Below, piece after piece: positions 1 to 9,919 of a stretch of DNA of 32,000 nt; within the stretch, counting starts at the first letter, position 1, and every line of letters begins with the position of its first letter. Under the pieces are notes generated by a model. That model had not been told where the DNA came from. It searched no databases and saw only the letters and a list, made by a program, of their open reading frames with translations. Origin of the DNA: Actinoalloteichus fjordicus (GTDB lineage: Bacteria > Actinomycetota > Actinomycetes > Mycobacteriales > Pseudonocardiaceae). Where the stretch lies: the NCBI RefSeq assembly GCF_001941625.1, contig NZ_CP016076.1, forward strand, positions 4,210,249 to 4,242,248, given 5' to 3'. A program made the translations under genes and the position numbers.

Positions 1-2123
1 CTCTGCGTCCCGTCGGCGTGCAGGCCGTCGACGTAGACGCCCTCGGCGTCCCGCAGGCGCTCGTTCATCGTGTCCGCCAGCGCCAGCTCCGCCTGGCGAT
101 AGTCCGCGAACTCCGACGCCGGCCGCTCCAGCACCTCGGCCATGTCGGCCGTGCGGCGCAGCACCTCGACGGCCTGGGCGTTGATGGTGGTGCGGGCGGC
201 GGCGTCCATGTCGTAGCCGAAGCGGCCGGGCGCGGGCCAGTCGACGATGCCGTACTCGTAGGCGCCGCTGCCGCCGGACAGCTCGGTGACCAGGCCCGCC
301 GTCGGCCCGTCCTCGGGGATGTGGCGCAGCACGTACTCGGCGGTCTCGCGGATCGCCGGGTAGGCCTCGGCGAGCAGCTGGCGGTCGCCGGTGACCTCGT
401 AGTACCGCCACACCCAGTCGACGAACATCTCGGTGTAGTCGGGGATGTCGCGCTTGCCGTCGCCGTTCGGGTAGACCGCGTTGTATCGGCCCGCGTCCTC
501 GCCGTCGGCCCAGTGCCTGGCCTGGGAGGCGAGGAACTCGCGGATCGCCTGCCGGGTGGCCTCGCGCTCGCCGAAGCCCTGCATCGTCGCGTAGGAGATG
601 GTCACGGCATCGCCGAGGAACTGCCCCTTCTCCCTGGTGGGGGTGTCGACGAACTGCTCCTGCACGGAGTACAGCGCCGACCGCTGCATCATGTCCCAGA
701 CCTCGGTGAGGGTCTCGTCTGAGCTGTGGAAGCTCGCCTCCTCGTCGGCGGGCACGGCGGTGTGCACGAGGACGGCGGAGACGTCCTCGACGTCGATGTC
801 CTCGCCCGCGTCGGGGATCTCCAGGTAACGGAAGCCCAGATGGGTGAAGGCCTGGTATTCCTGGGCGCCGTCGACCTGGGTGTAGGGGAAGGTCATCACG
901 GTGTCCTGAGTGGACAGCCGGTCCGCCGACACCCGCCCGTCCTCGGTGAGTTCGTAGCCCGCGAGGATCGGCACGGTCCGCCCGGTCTCGCCCTCGTCGA
1001 AGCGCACGACGGGCCGCGCCGGGATGATCACGCCGAAGTCGGCGACCGGCGTCCCGTCTTCGGCCCTCAGCAGTTCGACGGCCGGGATCTCGGTCTCGGC
1101 CAGTCGTGTCTCCTGGCCGATCAGCCGGGTGAAGGGCTCGGCGGGACGGGCGCCAAGGCTGGTCGCGGCGAGCCAGTCGGTGTCGTTGAAGCCCGGTCGC
1201 GCCCAGTCGGCGACGATGCCGCGGGCGTCCTGCGCGTCGACCCGGTCGCCCTCGCCGTTGCGCCTCGGCGCGTCGGCGACGAACCGGGTGTCGCGGGCGA
1301 CCCGCCAGGTGTCGTCGGTGACGACCACCTGCCTGCTGCCGTCCTCGTGCTCGATGACCAGCTTGTGCAGCAGGCCGGGCGCCGAGGACGGTCTGCCCTG
1401 TCCGCTGCCGTACCAGTGGTAGCGTGCCCCGACGGCCAGCGGCTCGCCCGGCTCGACGAGGTCGGTGACGTCGGCGGCCTGGTAGTAGCCCTCGTCGGAA
1501 TGGGCGAAGGAGGTGCCTCGATCGGCGCGCTCCCCGTTGAGGAACAGCTCGTAAGTGTGGTCGGCCGCCGTGTAGGCGCGGGCTCGGATCACGGGGCTGT
1601 CGGCGACGACGATCTCGGTGCGCGCCAGGGTGTAGTCGTCGGCCTCGGTGACGTCCCGGCGGATCCACTCGGCGCCGTCCCAGTCCGCATCGCCGAGGCC
1701 GGTCTCGAATCTCGCGGGCTCGGCCCACGGCGAGACGCTGCCCGCGCGGTCCCAGGTGCGGACGGTCCACCGGTATTCCCGGCCCGCGACGAGGTCCGGG
1801 CCGGTGTAGGACACCGAGGACTGCTCGGCGGAGGGCTGTCGGCGGCTGTCCCAGACCTCGGCGCCGTCGGCCGCGCGGTGGACTCTGATCTGGTAGGCGG
1901 TCTGCGTCTCGTTCGGGTCGCGATCCTGCGGCAGCCAGCCGAACGAGGGCGGTCCCTCGACGTTCAGCGGCGCCGCGCCGTCGTCGACGGTCAGGGACGA
2001 CGGGGCCTGCGGGGCACGGTTGCGGGCGTCGCCTGCCGCCGATCCGGCGGGGAGTCCGATGCCGACGGCCAGGCCGACGGCGGACAGTAAGGCGGTCCCG
2101 ATCACGGCACGTCGCTGGCGCAT
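1..2123 (-). CDS. Alpha-L-rhamnosidase, GH78 family, secreted; 3' end truncated by the window edge
   Basis: Minus-strand translation starts MRQRRAVIGTALLSAVGLAVGIGLPAGSAAG (signal-peptide-like), then the Ig-like N-domain (TAYQIRVHRAADGAEVWDS...VSYTGPDLVAGREYRWTVRTWD) and a GH78-like core (EQFVDTPTREKGQFLGDAVTISYATMQGFGE...DYTEMFVDWVWRYYEVTGD). GGGAG about 5 nt upstream of the ATG. The long plus-strand ORFs listed here are antisense. Confidence 0.9.
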   Translation of the reverse strand, partial: MRQRRAVIGTALLSAVGLAVGIGLPAGSAAGDARNRAPQAPSSLTVDDGAAPLNVEGPPSFGWLPQDRDPNETQTAYQIRVHRAADGAEVWDSRRQPSAEQSSVSYTGPDLVAGREYRWTVRTWDRAGSVSPWAEPARFETGLGDADWDGAEWIRRDVTEADDYTLARTEIVVADSPVIRARAYTAADHTYELFLNGERADRGTSFAHSDEGYYQAADVTDLVEPGEPLAVGARYHWYGSGQGRPSSAPGLLHKLVIEHEDGSRQVVVTDDTWRVARDTRFVADAPRRNGEGDRVDAQDARGIVADWARPGFNDTDWLAATSLGARPAEPFTRLIGQETRLAETEIPAVELLRAEDGTPVADFGVIIPARPVVRFDEGETGRTVPILAGYELTEDGRVSADRLSTQDTVMTFPYTQVDGAQEYQAFTHLGFRYLEIPDAGEDIDVEDVSAVLVHTAVPADEEASFHSSDETLTEVWDMMQRSALYSVQEQFVDTPTREKGQFLGDAVTISYATMQGFGEREATRQAIREFLASQARHWADGEDAGRYNAVYPNGDGKRDIPDYTEMFVDWVWRYYEVTGDRQLLAEAYPAIRETAEYVLRHIPEDGPTAGLVTELSGGSGAYEYGIVDWPAPGRFGYDMDAAARTTINAQAVEVLRRTADMAEVLERPASEFADYRQAELALADTMNERLRDAEGVYVDGLHADGTQ

Positions 2124-2386
2124 CGTCGCTCCCAGAGGTTGGTCGGTCACTCACCGGCACCCTAGGCAGCCGGTGGAACGGTAGCGAGGAAACAGCCGGA
2201 TTCGGCCATTCACCGACAGCCGCAGTCTCCACCGTCCCAGGGGAAGGGGGACGCCGGCGAGGACCGAGCCGAGCAGCCTGCACGTCTCGCCTGGGGGAGG
2301 ACCTCCGCTGGAGTCTCGGGACTGCGGACCCGACGGGCGACCGTCCCGAGGGGGAGCGTCTCAAGCGGCCCACGCGCGTCGACGCC

Positions 2387-3566
2387 TCAGTCGCCGAGCA
2401 GCACGAGGATCCGACGATCGGCAAGGCGGGAACGGTACAGCGCCGCCCGCTCGGCCAGGCCGTCCGGCATGACCGCGTCGGTGACGCCGAGCGCGCGCAG
2501 CAGCTCCGCCAGCATCACGACCGGTTCCCTCGGCAGATCCGAGGTGCCGCGAGATCGAGGTGGAGCTGCCCGTCGGGAAACAGCCCACGCACCTGGTGAG
2601 CGGCGTGCACGGCCAACGTCGACTTGCCCGTTCCCGGCGGGCCCACGACCACCGGAATGCGACCGACGGCGGGCGGCGCGCCTGCGGCGAGACCACCACG
2701 ACCGGTCAAGGTCGCGAGCAGGCTGTCGAACTCGGCGACGCGGCCGGTGAGGTCGGGATGTCTGAGGGAAGCTGACAGACCGGCGATAGCACCGGCTGCG
2801 GCAGCTCGCCCGCCGAGTCGAGTGCGGGATCAGCCCGCAGGATCTGCTCGTGCACCATGCGCAGCCGAGGCCCCGGATCGGCGCCGAGTTCCTCGGCCAG
2901 CAGTCTTCGGACGTCCTGGAACACCGCCAGCGCCTCGGCGTGCCTGCCCCCTCGATAGAGCGCGATCATGTGCAGCTCGCGCACTCGTTCTCGAAACGGG
3001 TGTTCGGCGGCCAGCCTGGACAGCTCGGCGATCGCAGGCACGTTCTCGCCGCGCGACAGATCGAGTTCGGCCAGCTCCTCCCATGCGCGGACCCGATACT
3101 CGTCGAGGCGCGCTCGCTCGGTCACGGCGTCGGCGGTCTCGATGCCGCTGAAGGCCGGGCCGCGCCACAACGCCGACGCCTCGCCCAGCCCGAGCCGCGC
3201 GCCTGCCTGATCACCGACGACCCGACGCTGCACAGCCTCGGCGAGGAGCCGGACGAACCGTCCACTGTCGAGCTGTTCCGGGCTCACCCGGAGCAGATAG
3301 CCGTGGCCGACCGACTCCAGCGTGCGACTGTCCAGGCCCAGCGCTCGGCGAACCTCCCCGACGTACTTCTGCACGAGGTTGACCGCACTCGGTGGCGGTC
3401 TGTCGCCCCAGACGACGTCGATGATCTGTTCTCGATCGACCCGATCGTCGGCGTGCAGCAGCAGGACCGCCAGGACCAGCCGTCGCTTTCCCGACGGCAG
3501 TCGCACCGCCACCGAGCCCCGACATGCCACGACGGGCCCGAGTACCCCGAAGAGCAGTTCTGACAT
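2387..3566 (-). pseudogene. SARP/AfsR-family regulator (winged helix, BTAD, NB-ARC start) broken by frameshifts and truncated
   Basis: MSELLFGVLGPVVACRGSVAVRLPSGKRRLVLAVLLLHADDRVDREQIIDVVWG...VRELHMIALYRGGRHAEALAVFQDVRRLLAEELGADPGPRLRMVHEQIL is a full wHTH+BTAD. The continuation is split across frames: DLTGRVAEFDSLL...IPVVVGPPGTGKSTLAVHAAHQVRGLFPDGQLHLDL, then TSDLPREPVVMLAELLRALGVTDAVMPDGLAERAALYRSRLADRRILVLLGD and a stop. Confidence 0.8.
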
Positions 3567-4024
3567 GCCGCAGGCTCCGCTCCCCCCAGTGTCCGTTCCG
3601 GGCTGGACTCGCATCGCCCGTGCGTCCGTTTTCCCGGCGGAGGCGCTCCTCTGTTCGCACCATTTTCGCGTAGGCGGCCTCGATTCCACCGTGCTTTTTC
3701 GAGGGACCGCCGCCTGCCGCAATTCGACTGGGCGGTGTTGTCTTCTGTTCGGCGTCGTCGGCCCGACTGCACCGCCGCACCGTTGCCTCGTTCACGACGA
3801 TGTGGTGTCCCCCATGCCAAATCTACTCGGCGACGACGAGCAATGATCGGTAATTCACTCGCCGGATGCCCGCCCTGCACCCGATCGCCGATCCGTTCCC
3901 GACGAAACTGGAAGCTCTTACGTCTCATCGATGTTCCGCAGCGGTGCAGCGGTTCTGCCCCGACCGATGACAGGGTTCCGGCCGGCCGAGCCTGGGGTCT
4001 TCGGCTGATGACGCAGGAGGCTGA

Positions 4025-4280
4025 CATGCACAAGGGGATCATGATGATCGTCTGCGCCGTGCTCATGGCGCTGGGCCCGGTCTCGAGGGCGACGGCCGCC
4101 GATCCGCCCCACCCGGCCCGACGACGGATCGAACCGGTCAGCGGGCCCCGCAGGCCCGCGAGGACTGCTCGACAGCGGGATGAAACGGCCGGCGGAGCTC
4201 GACGAGGTGGAACGTCGGATCGCCCGGCCGGCGCGCGACCTGATCGACCGGGGGGTGGCCGAGGACATCCTGCGCGATGA
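4025..4280 (+). CDS. Small putative secreted protein, possibly frameshifted
   Basis: GCAGGAGG about 5 nt upstream of ATG; N-terminus MHKGIMMIVCAVLMALGPVSRATAADPPHPA looks like a signal peptide. Codon-biased coding appears to continue in the frame starting at 4180 (ELDEVERRIARPARDLIDRGVAEDILRDDVAAEVLFEIFTGLLGNVLRLVLLNRL). Confidence 0.3.
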
Positions 4281-5009
4281 CGTGGCCGCCGAGGTGCTGT
4301 TCGAGATCTTCACCGGGCTGTTGGGCAACGTGTTGCGCCTGGTGCTGCTGAATCGTCTCGGTGCAGAACAGGCGGGCGCCGTCGTCGCCGCCGTCTTCCT
4401 CGATGGCGCGGGCCGGTCCGCACCGCACGGGACGGCTGACCGGCCTCAGGTCCGTCGACTCCGTCGACCGGCCGCACCGCCTATACGGACAGCGGACCCG
4501 CAGGCCCGTCGGCGGCGACGTCGTCGGCCTGCTGCACGGGCGTCGGTGCCCCGCCCGACAGGACCGAAGGGTCCCGCCATCAGGGCTTTTCGACCCTGGC
4601 GACGGCCCCGCCGTGCGCGGCAGGGTGGAGGACGTCCGATTCGGAGAGCGATTCGGGGTCCGACTCGGATGCGGGCAGGGGTGTGGCCTGGTCCAGAGCC
4701 GCCAGGCAGCAGTCGGGTGAGCACACCCGGTGCCCGGCCGGGCGCGTACATCGTCGTCCCGACCGGGCACGGCCCGCGACCTCAGTCCGGCGGGCAGGCA
4801 GGTCGGCGGTCGCTACAGACGCGGACGCCGGCATCGCGCGGCTCGCCGGGACGGGGTGAGGAACATCGTGGGCTCGGAGCACTCCGAGCCCACCACGTCC
4901 CTCGACGGCCCAGGAACTCGACCAGGCTCAGCCGAACTCGCCGGGCGAAGCACGACAGCCGCGCCGAGGTGCGCGAGCGGACCGGCGGCAAGGACGGGAG
5001 GCAGGCGTC

Positions 5010-5288
5010 ATGCCGTACTGGGATCACGGTCAGGCAGGCGGGGGCTGGCTCATGCTCCTCGGAATGCTCATCTTCTGGGCCGGGCTGATCACCGTGGTGG
5101 TGCTCGTGCTTCGCCGGTTCGCACACGCGTCACCTCGGCACGGCGGTTGGGCAGGCGGCGACCAGGGCGGCGGCGCGTACCACGTCCTCGACGACAGGTT
5201 CGCCCGAGGCGAGATCGACAGGGACGAGTACGAGAGTCGACGGGCGACCCTGCGCGAGTCACACGGCAGATCGGAATCGGGGCGCTGA
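5010..5288 (+). CDS. Small SHOCT-domain membrane protein
   Basis: MPYWDHGQAGGGWLMLLGMLIFWAGLITVVVLVLRRFAH...AYHVLDDRFARGEIDRDEYESRRATLRE: one TM helix followed by a SHOCT motif (L..RFA.GEI...EY..R...L). Confidence 0.85.
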   Translation: MPYWDHGQAGGGWLMLLGMLIFWAGLITVVVLVLRRFAHASPRHGGWAGGDQGGGAYHVLDDRFARGEIDRDEYESRRATLRESHGRSESGR

Positions 5289-5529
5289 CCGGTAGCGGCC
5301 GAGTGTGGTTCATCGGCAGAACCGGAAGGCCGGTTCGACCGGCACAGGCGGAACCATCCGAGCGACGGGCTCGTCAATTCTGGGGATGCAGGCGGGCAAC
5401 GGAGTTCGAGGGACCGCCGAGGCCGGGCGTCGAAGCAGACGACCCGGCCGTTGCCTGCGCCCGAACCCCAGCCGTCGCCCGCACCTGCGCCGAGACGGAC
5501 GACGACGACGTTCGTCCCCACATCCGCCG

Positions 5530-6255
5530 TCAGGACCGCCAGGCGACGCGGGCGCCCGCGACCCAGCCGCCCGCACAGGACTCCCGCAACTCGGCGGCCC
5601 GCAGGGCGTCGGTGTAGGTCTGTCCGGGATTCGCGAGGTGGACGTCCGGAGGCACCACGCCGAGCCGGAAGCCGTAGAGGACCACCACCTGCCCCGAGGA
5701 CGAGGCGGCGGCGAGCCACTCCGGGGCGGCCGTGATCTCGGCGCGAGCCCACAATCCGTCCTCGTCGTCGCGCAGTTCCAGGCCGCCGTCGGCCCGGCTC
5801 AGGGTCCAGCCGGGCGCGTCGTCGACCGCCGAGGCAGGCGTGGCGACGCGGCCGCCGAAACCGGCCTGCACGATTATCTCGATCTGCAGTTCGGTGGCGG
5901 CGCCGTCCCCGTCGGTGACCATCAGCGTCCGGCGGGGCTCACAGAGCAGCACGGGGGCCGGTCGCACCGGGTGTCCCGGCCCGGTCACCTCGTCGGCGTC
6001 CCGCGCAGCCTCCGCGGTCGGCTCGCCCTCGGCCTGCCGGGGCGTCGCGTCGTCTTCGGCGGTGAGCGCCGGATGCCCGGCAGGCAGCGCCCGGCCGACG
6101 ACCTCGGTGTCGGCGGCGATGCGCTGCGCCTCGGTCGGCTCCGATCCCTGCGCGGTGACCGGGCGGGAGAGCGTGGGCAGCCGACCAGTCGGAACCCGCC
6201 GCTCGGCCGCCGTGGCAGCCTCCCGGCGTTGACGCTTCGCTCGACGTCCGCTCAT
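5530..6255 (-). CDS. Conserved hypothetical protein
   Basis: Minus-strand ORF with strong GC3 bias, likely from MSGRRAKRQRREAATAAERRVPTGRLP to ...VAGARVAWRS. The listed upstream extension to 6660 does not look coding. Confidence 0.65.
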   Translation of the reverse strand: MSGRRAKRQRREAATAAERRVPTGRLPTLSRPVTAQGSEPTEAQRIAADTEVVGRALPAGHPALTAEDDATPRQAEGEPTAEAARDADEVTGPGHPVRPAPVLLCEPRRTLMVTDGDGAATELQIEIIVQAGFGGRVATPASAVDDAPGWTLSRADGGLELRDDEDGLWARAEITAAPEWLAAASSSGQVVVLYGFRLGVVPPDVHLANPGQTYTDALRAAELRESCAGGWVAGARVAWRS

Positions 6256-6688
6256 CTCCCGAGCCTGCCCGCTGCATCTCGACCCGCACACCGCACTCAC
6301 CCCATCGAGGGACCAGGGCCGAGGCGGCCCGTGATCCCGAGTTCCGAGGTCACAGGCGGCCTCGCTCGGTGGCTGCGAGGCAGGCCCGGTGCAGGCTGGG
6401 CGGCGACGTGGCGCCTCGGCGCCGTCGGAGGCGCGGTGGGCACCGCAGACCGGTGCACGATTCGCGGTGCGGGGCGGCGACCGACCGGCGACCGATAAAG
6501 CACCGACGGCGACCCAGCTGTACGGCGTGCCGTTGTCCGGACCGAACGGACCGGCAGGCCCTCGCCCGGCTCGGCCACGTTCCAGCCCGACCCTGCCACC
6601 GACTCGGCCCGGCTCAGCCGGCCCGGCCACGGCCCCGATCCGAGATGTGACCGTGTTCATGGGCGGGGACGATCCAGCCGAACGTCAG

Positions 6689-6728
6689 ATAACTTAGGCT
6701 TACCGAACTTTAGGGCAGCCAAGGCTAA
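6689..6728. promoter_or_regulatory. Two adjacent iron-box-like sites (IdeR/DmdR type)
   Basis: ATAACTTAGGCTTACCGAA (6689-6707) matches 14/19 and TTAGGGCAGCCAAGGCTAA (6710-6728) matches 13/19 of TTAGGTTAGGCTAACCTAA. They lie about 190-210 bp upstream of a siderophore-interacting protein gene. Confidence 0.65.
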
Positions 6729-6913
6729 GCAACACCCGGAGAGTCTCCTGATGAGTTCCACCCCGCCGCGCCTCCGGGGCCCACTCGCGGCGGCCCTGCT
6801 CGGCCTTCCGGGCGGGCACGATCCGGTGTCGACGCACGCAGCACCGTGGTCGCCGAGAACGAATCACGTCGACATGAGACGGTCCCCCGCGACCGTCGGT
6901 GCAGGAGCAGCCG

Positions 6914-7768
6914 ATGTCCGTCAACACCGAGATCCGCGCCGCACGCTCCGCCGTGGTGCGGCCGTTCTCCCTCTTCTACATCACCGCGACCGCCGTCCGT
7001 TCCCTCACCCCGAACATGGTGCGGGTCACCTTCGGCGGTCCGGACCTGGCCGGGTTCACCAGCGGCGGCCTTGATCAGCGGGTGAAGCTCTTCTTTCCGC
7101 TGCCGGGCCAGGACGTGCCCGCGCTGCCCCCGCCGGACGACTGGTACCAGGCCTACCAGGACATGTCCGACGAGGTCCGGCCGATCATGCGGACCTTCAC
7201 CATCCGGACCCACCGCCCGGACGTCCAGGAGATCGACATCGACTTCGCGGTGCACGGCGATGTCGGCCCGGCATCGCGATGGGCGATCCGGGCCCGGCCC
7301 GGGGACGTCCTCGGACTGCTCGGCCCCGACGTGCGTCATCCGGCGGGCAGCGGCGTGGAGTACCACCCGAGTCCGTCGGAATGGCAGCTCATCGTCGGCG
7401 ACGACACGGCGCTGCCTGCCATCGGCGCGATCATCGAGACGCTGCAGGCGGGCACCCGCGTCCGCGCCTTCGTCGAGGTCGCCAGCGACGCCGACGTCCA
7501 GGAGTTCGACACCGGCGGAGACGTGGAGATCACCTGGCTCGCCAGGACGGGAAGCCAGACCACGCCTGTATCCCGGCTCGTCGAGGCCGTCCGGAACGCC
7601 GATCTGCCCTCGGGCACCGCCTACGCGTGGACGGCAGGCGAGTCCGGCATGATCCGCGAGCTGCGCAGGCACCTGCTCACCGAACTCGGCTGGGATCGCG
7701 GTCAGGGCTACTTCGGCGGTTACTGGCGGGCCGACAGCACCCCGGAGCCGACGGATTCCGACGACTGA
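6914..7768 (+). CDS. Siderophore-interacting protein (SIP family, FAD-binding ferric-siderophore reductase)
   Basis: SVVRPFSLFYITATAVRSLTPNMVRVTFGGPDLAGF...RTFTIRTHRPDVQEIDIDFAVHGDVGPASRWAIRARPGDVLGLLGP...WQLIVGDDTALPAIGAIIE...TAYAWTAGESGMIRELRRHLLTELGWDRGQGYFGGYWR. GGAG sits upstream of the ATG at 6914. Confidence 0.92.
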   Translation: MSVNTEIRAARSAVVRPFSLFYITATAVRSLTPNMVRVTFGGPDLAGFTSGGLDQRVKLFFPLPGQDVPALPPPDDWYQAYQDMSDEVRPIMRTFTIRTHRPDVQEIDIDFAVHGDVGPASRWAIRARPGDVLGLLGPDVRHPAGSGVEYHPSPSEWQLIVGDDTALPAIGAIIETLQAGTRVRAFVEVASDADVQEFDTGGDVEITWLARTGSQTTPVSRLVEAVRNADLPSGTAYAWTAGESGMIRELRRHLLTELGWDRGQGYFGGYWRADSTPEPTDSDD

Positions 7769-7882
7769 TGCTCGACGCCGCCGCCCGCGCCCCCGCAGAC
7801 CGGTGGTGCGCGGGCAGGCGGCGATCCGAGGGCAGGCGGGCCGCGGCCGTCGCCGGGGACGAGCACACCGACGAGAGGCGAC

Positions 7883-8512
7883 ATGACAGCACGACTCGAC
7901 CCGACCGAGGACGTTCGGGCGGTGACCACCGAGGCCGAGCTTCGCGAGATCGTCGACGAGCCCCTGCCGAGGATCGCCGAGAAGGCCATCCCGTTCGTCG
8001 ACGCCGAGTCTCGGCGGTTCATCGGGGCCTCGCCGTTTCTTCCTGCTCGCCACGACCGGCGCGGACGGCAGTCTCGACGTCTCCCCGAGGGGAGACCCGC
8101 CCGGCAGCGTCGGCGGTGACGGCGGACGGCCGCTCGGTGGTGTTCGCCGATCGGGAGGGAAACCGCAGGCTCGACAGCCTTCGGAACATCCTGTCGCACG
8201 CGCGGGTCGGCATGCTCTTCCTCGTCCCCGGCATGCGCGAGACGCTGCGGGTGAACGAGCGCGCGACCCTCGTCAGGGACGCCCCGTTCCTGCCCCGGCT
8301 GGCGCTGGCGGGGCAGGACCCCGAAGCTGGCCGTCCTGGTCGAGATCGACGAGTTGTTCCTGCACTGCGGACGCTCGCTCACCAAGGCAGGCCTGTGGGA
8401 ACCGGCCGACTGGCCTGATCGCAACACCGTGCCCGGCGTCGGCGAGCTGATCAGCAGCCTCCGCGAGGCCAGAGAGCGATCGGCGACCGACGGCGGGGCC
8501 GCGAGCGGCTGA
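7883..8512 (+). pseudogene. Pyridoxamine 5'-phosphate oxidase-family protein, disrupted by about three frameshifts
   Basis: MTARLDPTEDVRAVTTEAELREIVDEPLPRIAEKAIPFVDAESRRFIGASPF, then LLATTGADGSLDVSPRGDPPGSV, then TADGRSVVFADREGNRRLDSLRNILSHARVGMLFLVPGMRETLRVNERATLVRDAPFL, then PKLAVLVEIDELFLHCGRSLTKAGLWEPADWPDRNTVPGVGELI. These are consecutive parts of one PNPOx-like protein in shifting frames. Confidence 0.8.
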
Positions 8513-8863
8513 CCGGCCTCGCCAGGACACGGCCGGGCGGCGTGGCCGTGACCAGTGAGAAGAGCGCGAACAGCGGCGAGTCCGCAATGCAGGGACCGAG
8601 GACACGGCTGATCACAGCGCCGGTGGGTGTACTGCGCATCGCCGTGTCCTCGACGGGTCGACCGGACACGGTGCGGCGCACTCGACCCGACCGGCGACGG
8701 CCACCGCACCGCCGCACCGGGGGCTCCGTGTAGTTGCCCCATCGGGCCGGGACGACCGCCCGGCCGCCCCGGCCCCCGCTCTTACCCTCCCTATCGGCCC
8801 CGTGCGTCGGGCACCGACCCGGACCGCCTGTTCAGTCCAGCAGGCAGCCCACACCCGGATCGC

Positions 8864-9919
8864 TCACAGCTTCACCAGCACCTTGCCGCGATTGGCGTCC
8901 CGGTCCACATACAGGCTCCGATAGGCGTCGGGGATGTCGTCGAAGCCCTCTCGGATGGTCTGGTCGTAGGCGATCTCGCCTCGGCGGACCAGGCCGCCCA
9001 CCTCCTCGTGCAGCGCTGCCCAGTTCTGCTCGGTGAACCACTCCAGCGAGAAGATCCCTCGGATCGTCGTGCGCGGGAACATGATGTAGGGCAGCAGCCT
9101 CGGTCCGACGTACTCGGCGCCGACCTGGGTCGCCCACTGCCAGCACACCGCCACCTGACTGTCGATGTTCAGCATCGTGAACGCCACGTCGGTGATCGTG
9201 CCGCCCAGGCTGTCGAAGTACCTGTCGATGCCGTCTGGCGCCGCCGCCGACAACGCAGCCCGCACGGTGTCCGCGTCGTCGCCCTGGCGGTAGTCCACCA
9301 CCGTGTCGAAGCCGAGTCCGATGAGGTACTCCGCCTTCGCCGCCGAACCGGTCGTGCCGATCACCCGCGCCCCGGCCCGCATCGCGAGCTGGCCCACCAG
9401 CGACCCGAGCGCGCCGGAGGCCCCGCTGATGAGGACCGTGTCGCCGTCTCGGATCGTCATGAACTTGGTCAACGTGCCCCAGGCGGTCATGCCCGGCCCG
9501 CCCATGATGCTCAGTGCCGTGGAGATCGGCAGCCGCTCGTCGTAGTCGGCCGGGTCAAGCCGACGATAGGACGGGAACACCATCGGGAAGGTCCCGGTCT
9601 GCCACAGAGCGGGGGTGCCGTTGCTCACGACATGGCTGCGCCAACCGCCGAAGCCCTGCACCAGGTCGCCCGGCTGATGGGCGGCCGCAGGGCCGGCCTC
9701 GATCACCTCCATGATCGAGTCCGCCCCCATGTGGTCCCCGATCGGCGTGTCCAGCGCGATGCCCTGGAGGTAGGGATCGACCGACACGTACAGCGTCCTG
9801 AGCAGCATCTCGTCGTCCTTCAGGACGACGTCCACATCCTCCGTCACCTTCTCGTAGATCCGGCGTACGTCGGGGACGCCCGCCTGGTGTTCGGCAACGA
9901 CCCATTTGTCGATCTTCAC
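8864..9919 (-). CDS. ftdE: MDR-family NADP-dependent alcohol dehydrogenase/reductase, PTM-cluster type (FtdE/IkaC/OX4-like)
   Basis: GTG start: VKIDKWVVAEHQAGVPDVRRIYEK...YVSVDPYLQGIALDTPIGDHMGADSIMEV...GPGMTAWGTLTKFMTIRDGDTVLISGASGALGSLVGQLAMRAGARVIGTTGSAAKAEYL. Overlaps the upstream gene by GTGA. Symbol is by analogy of family and gene order. Confidence 0.88.
   Translation of the reverse strand: MKIDKWVVAEHQAGVPDVRRIYEKVTEDVDVVLKDDEMLLRTLYVSVDPYLQGIALDTPIGDHMGADSIMEVIEAGPAAAHQPGDLVQGFGGWRSHVVSNGTPALWQTGTFPMVFPSYRRLDPADYDERLPISTALSIMGGPGMTAWGTLTKFMTIRDGDTVLISGASGALGSLVGQLAMRAGARVIGTTGSAAKAEYLIGLGFDTVVDYRQGDDADTVRAALSAAAPDGIDRYFDSLGGTITDVAFTMLNIDSQVAVCWQWATQVGAEYVGPRLLPYIMFPRTTIRGIFSLEWFTEQNWAALHEEVGGLVRRGEIAYDQTIREGFDDIPDAYRSLYVDRDANRGKVLVKL

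Noticed and set aside
6725-8053. 442-aa minus-strand ORF antisense to the siderophore-interacting protein gene
   Set aside because: Antisense shadow of a well supported SIP gene; no recognisable family.
7720-8742. 340-aa minus-strand ORF over the PNPOx pseudogene
   Set aside because: Sequence is compositionally random (R/P/S rich); homology-like signal is on the plus strand in shifting frames.
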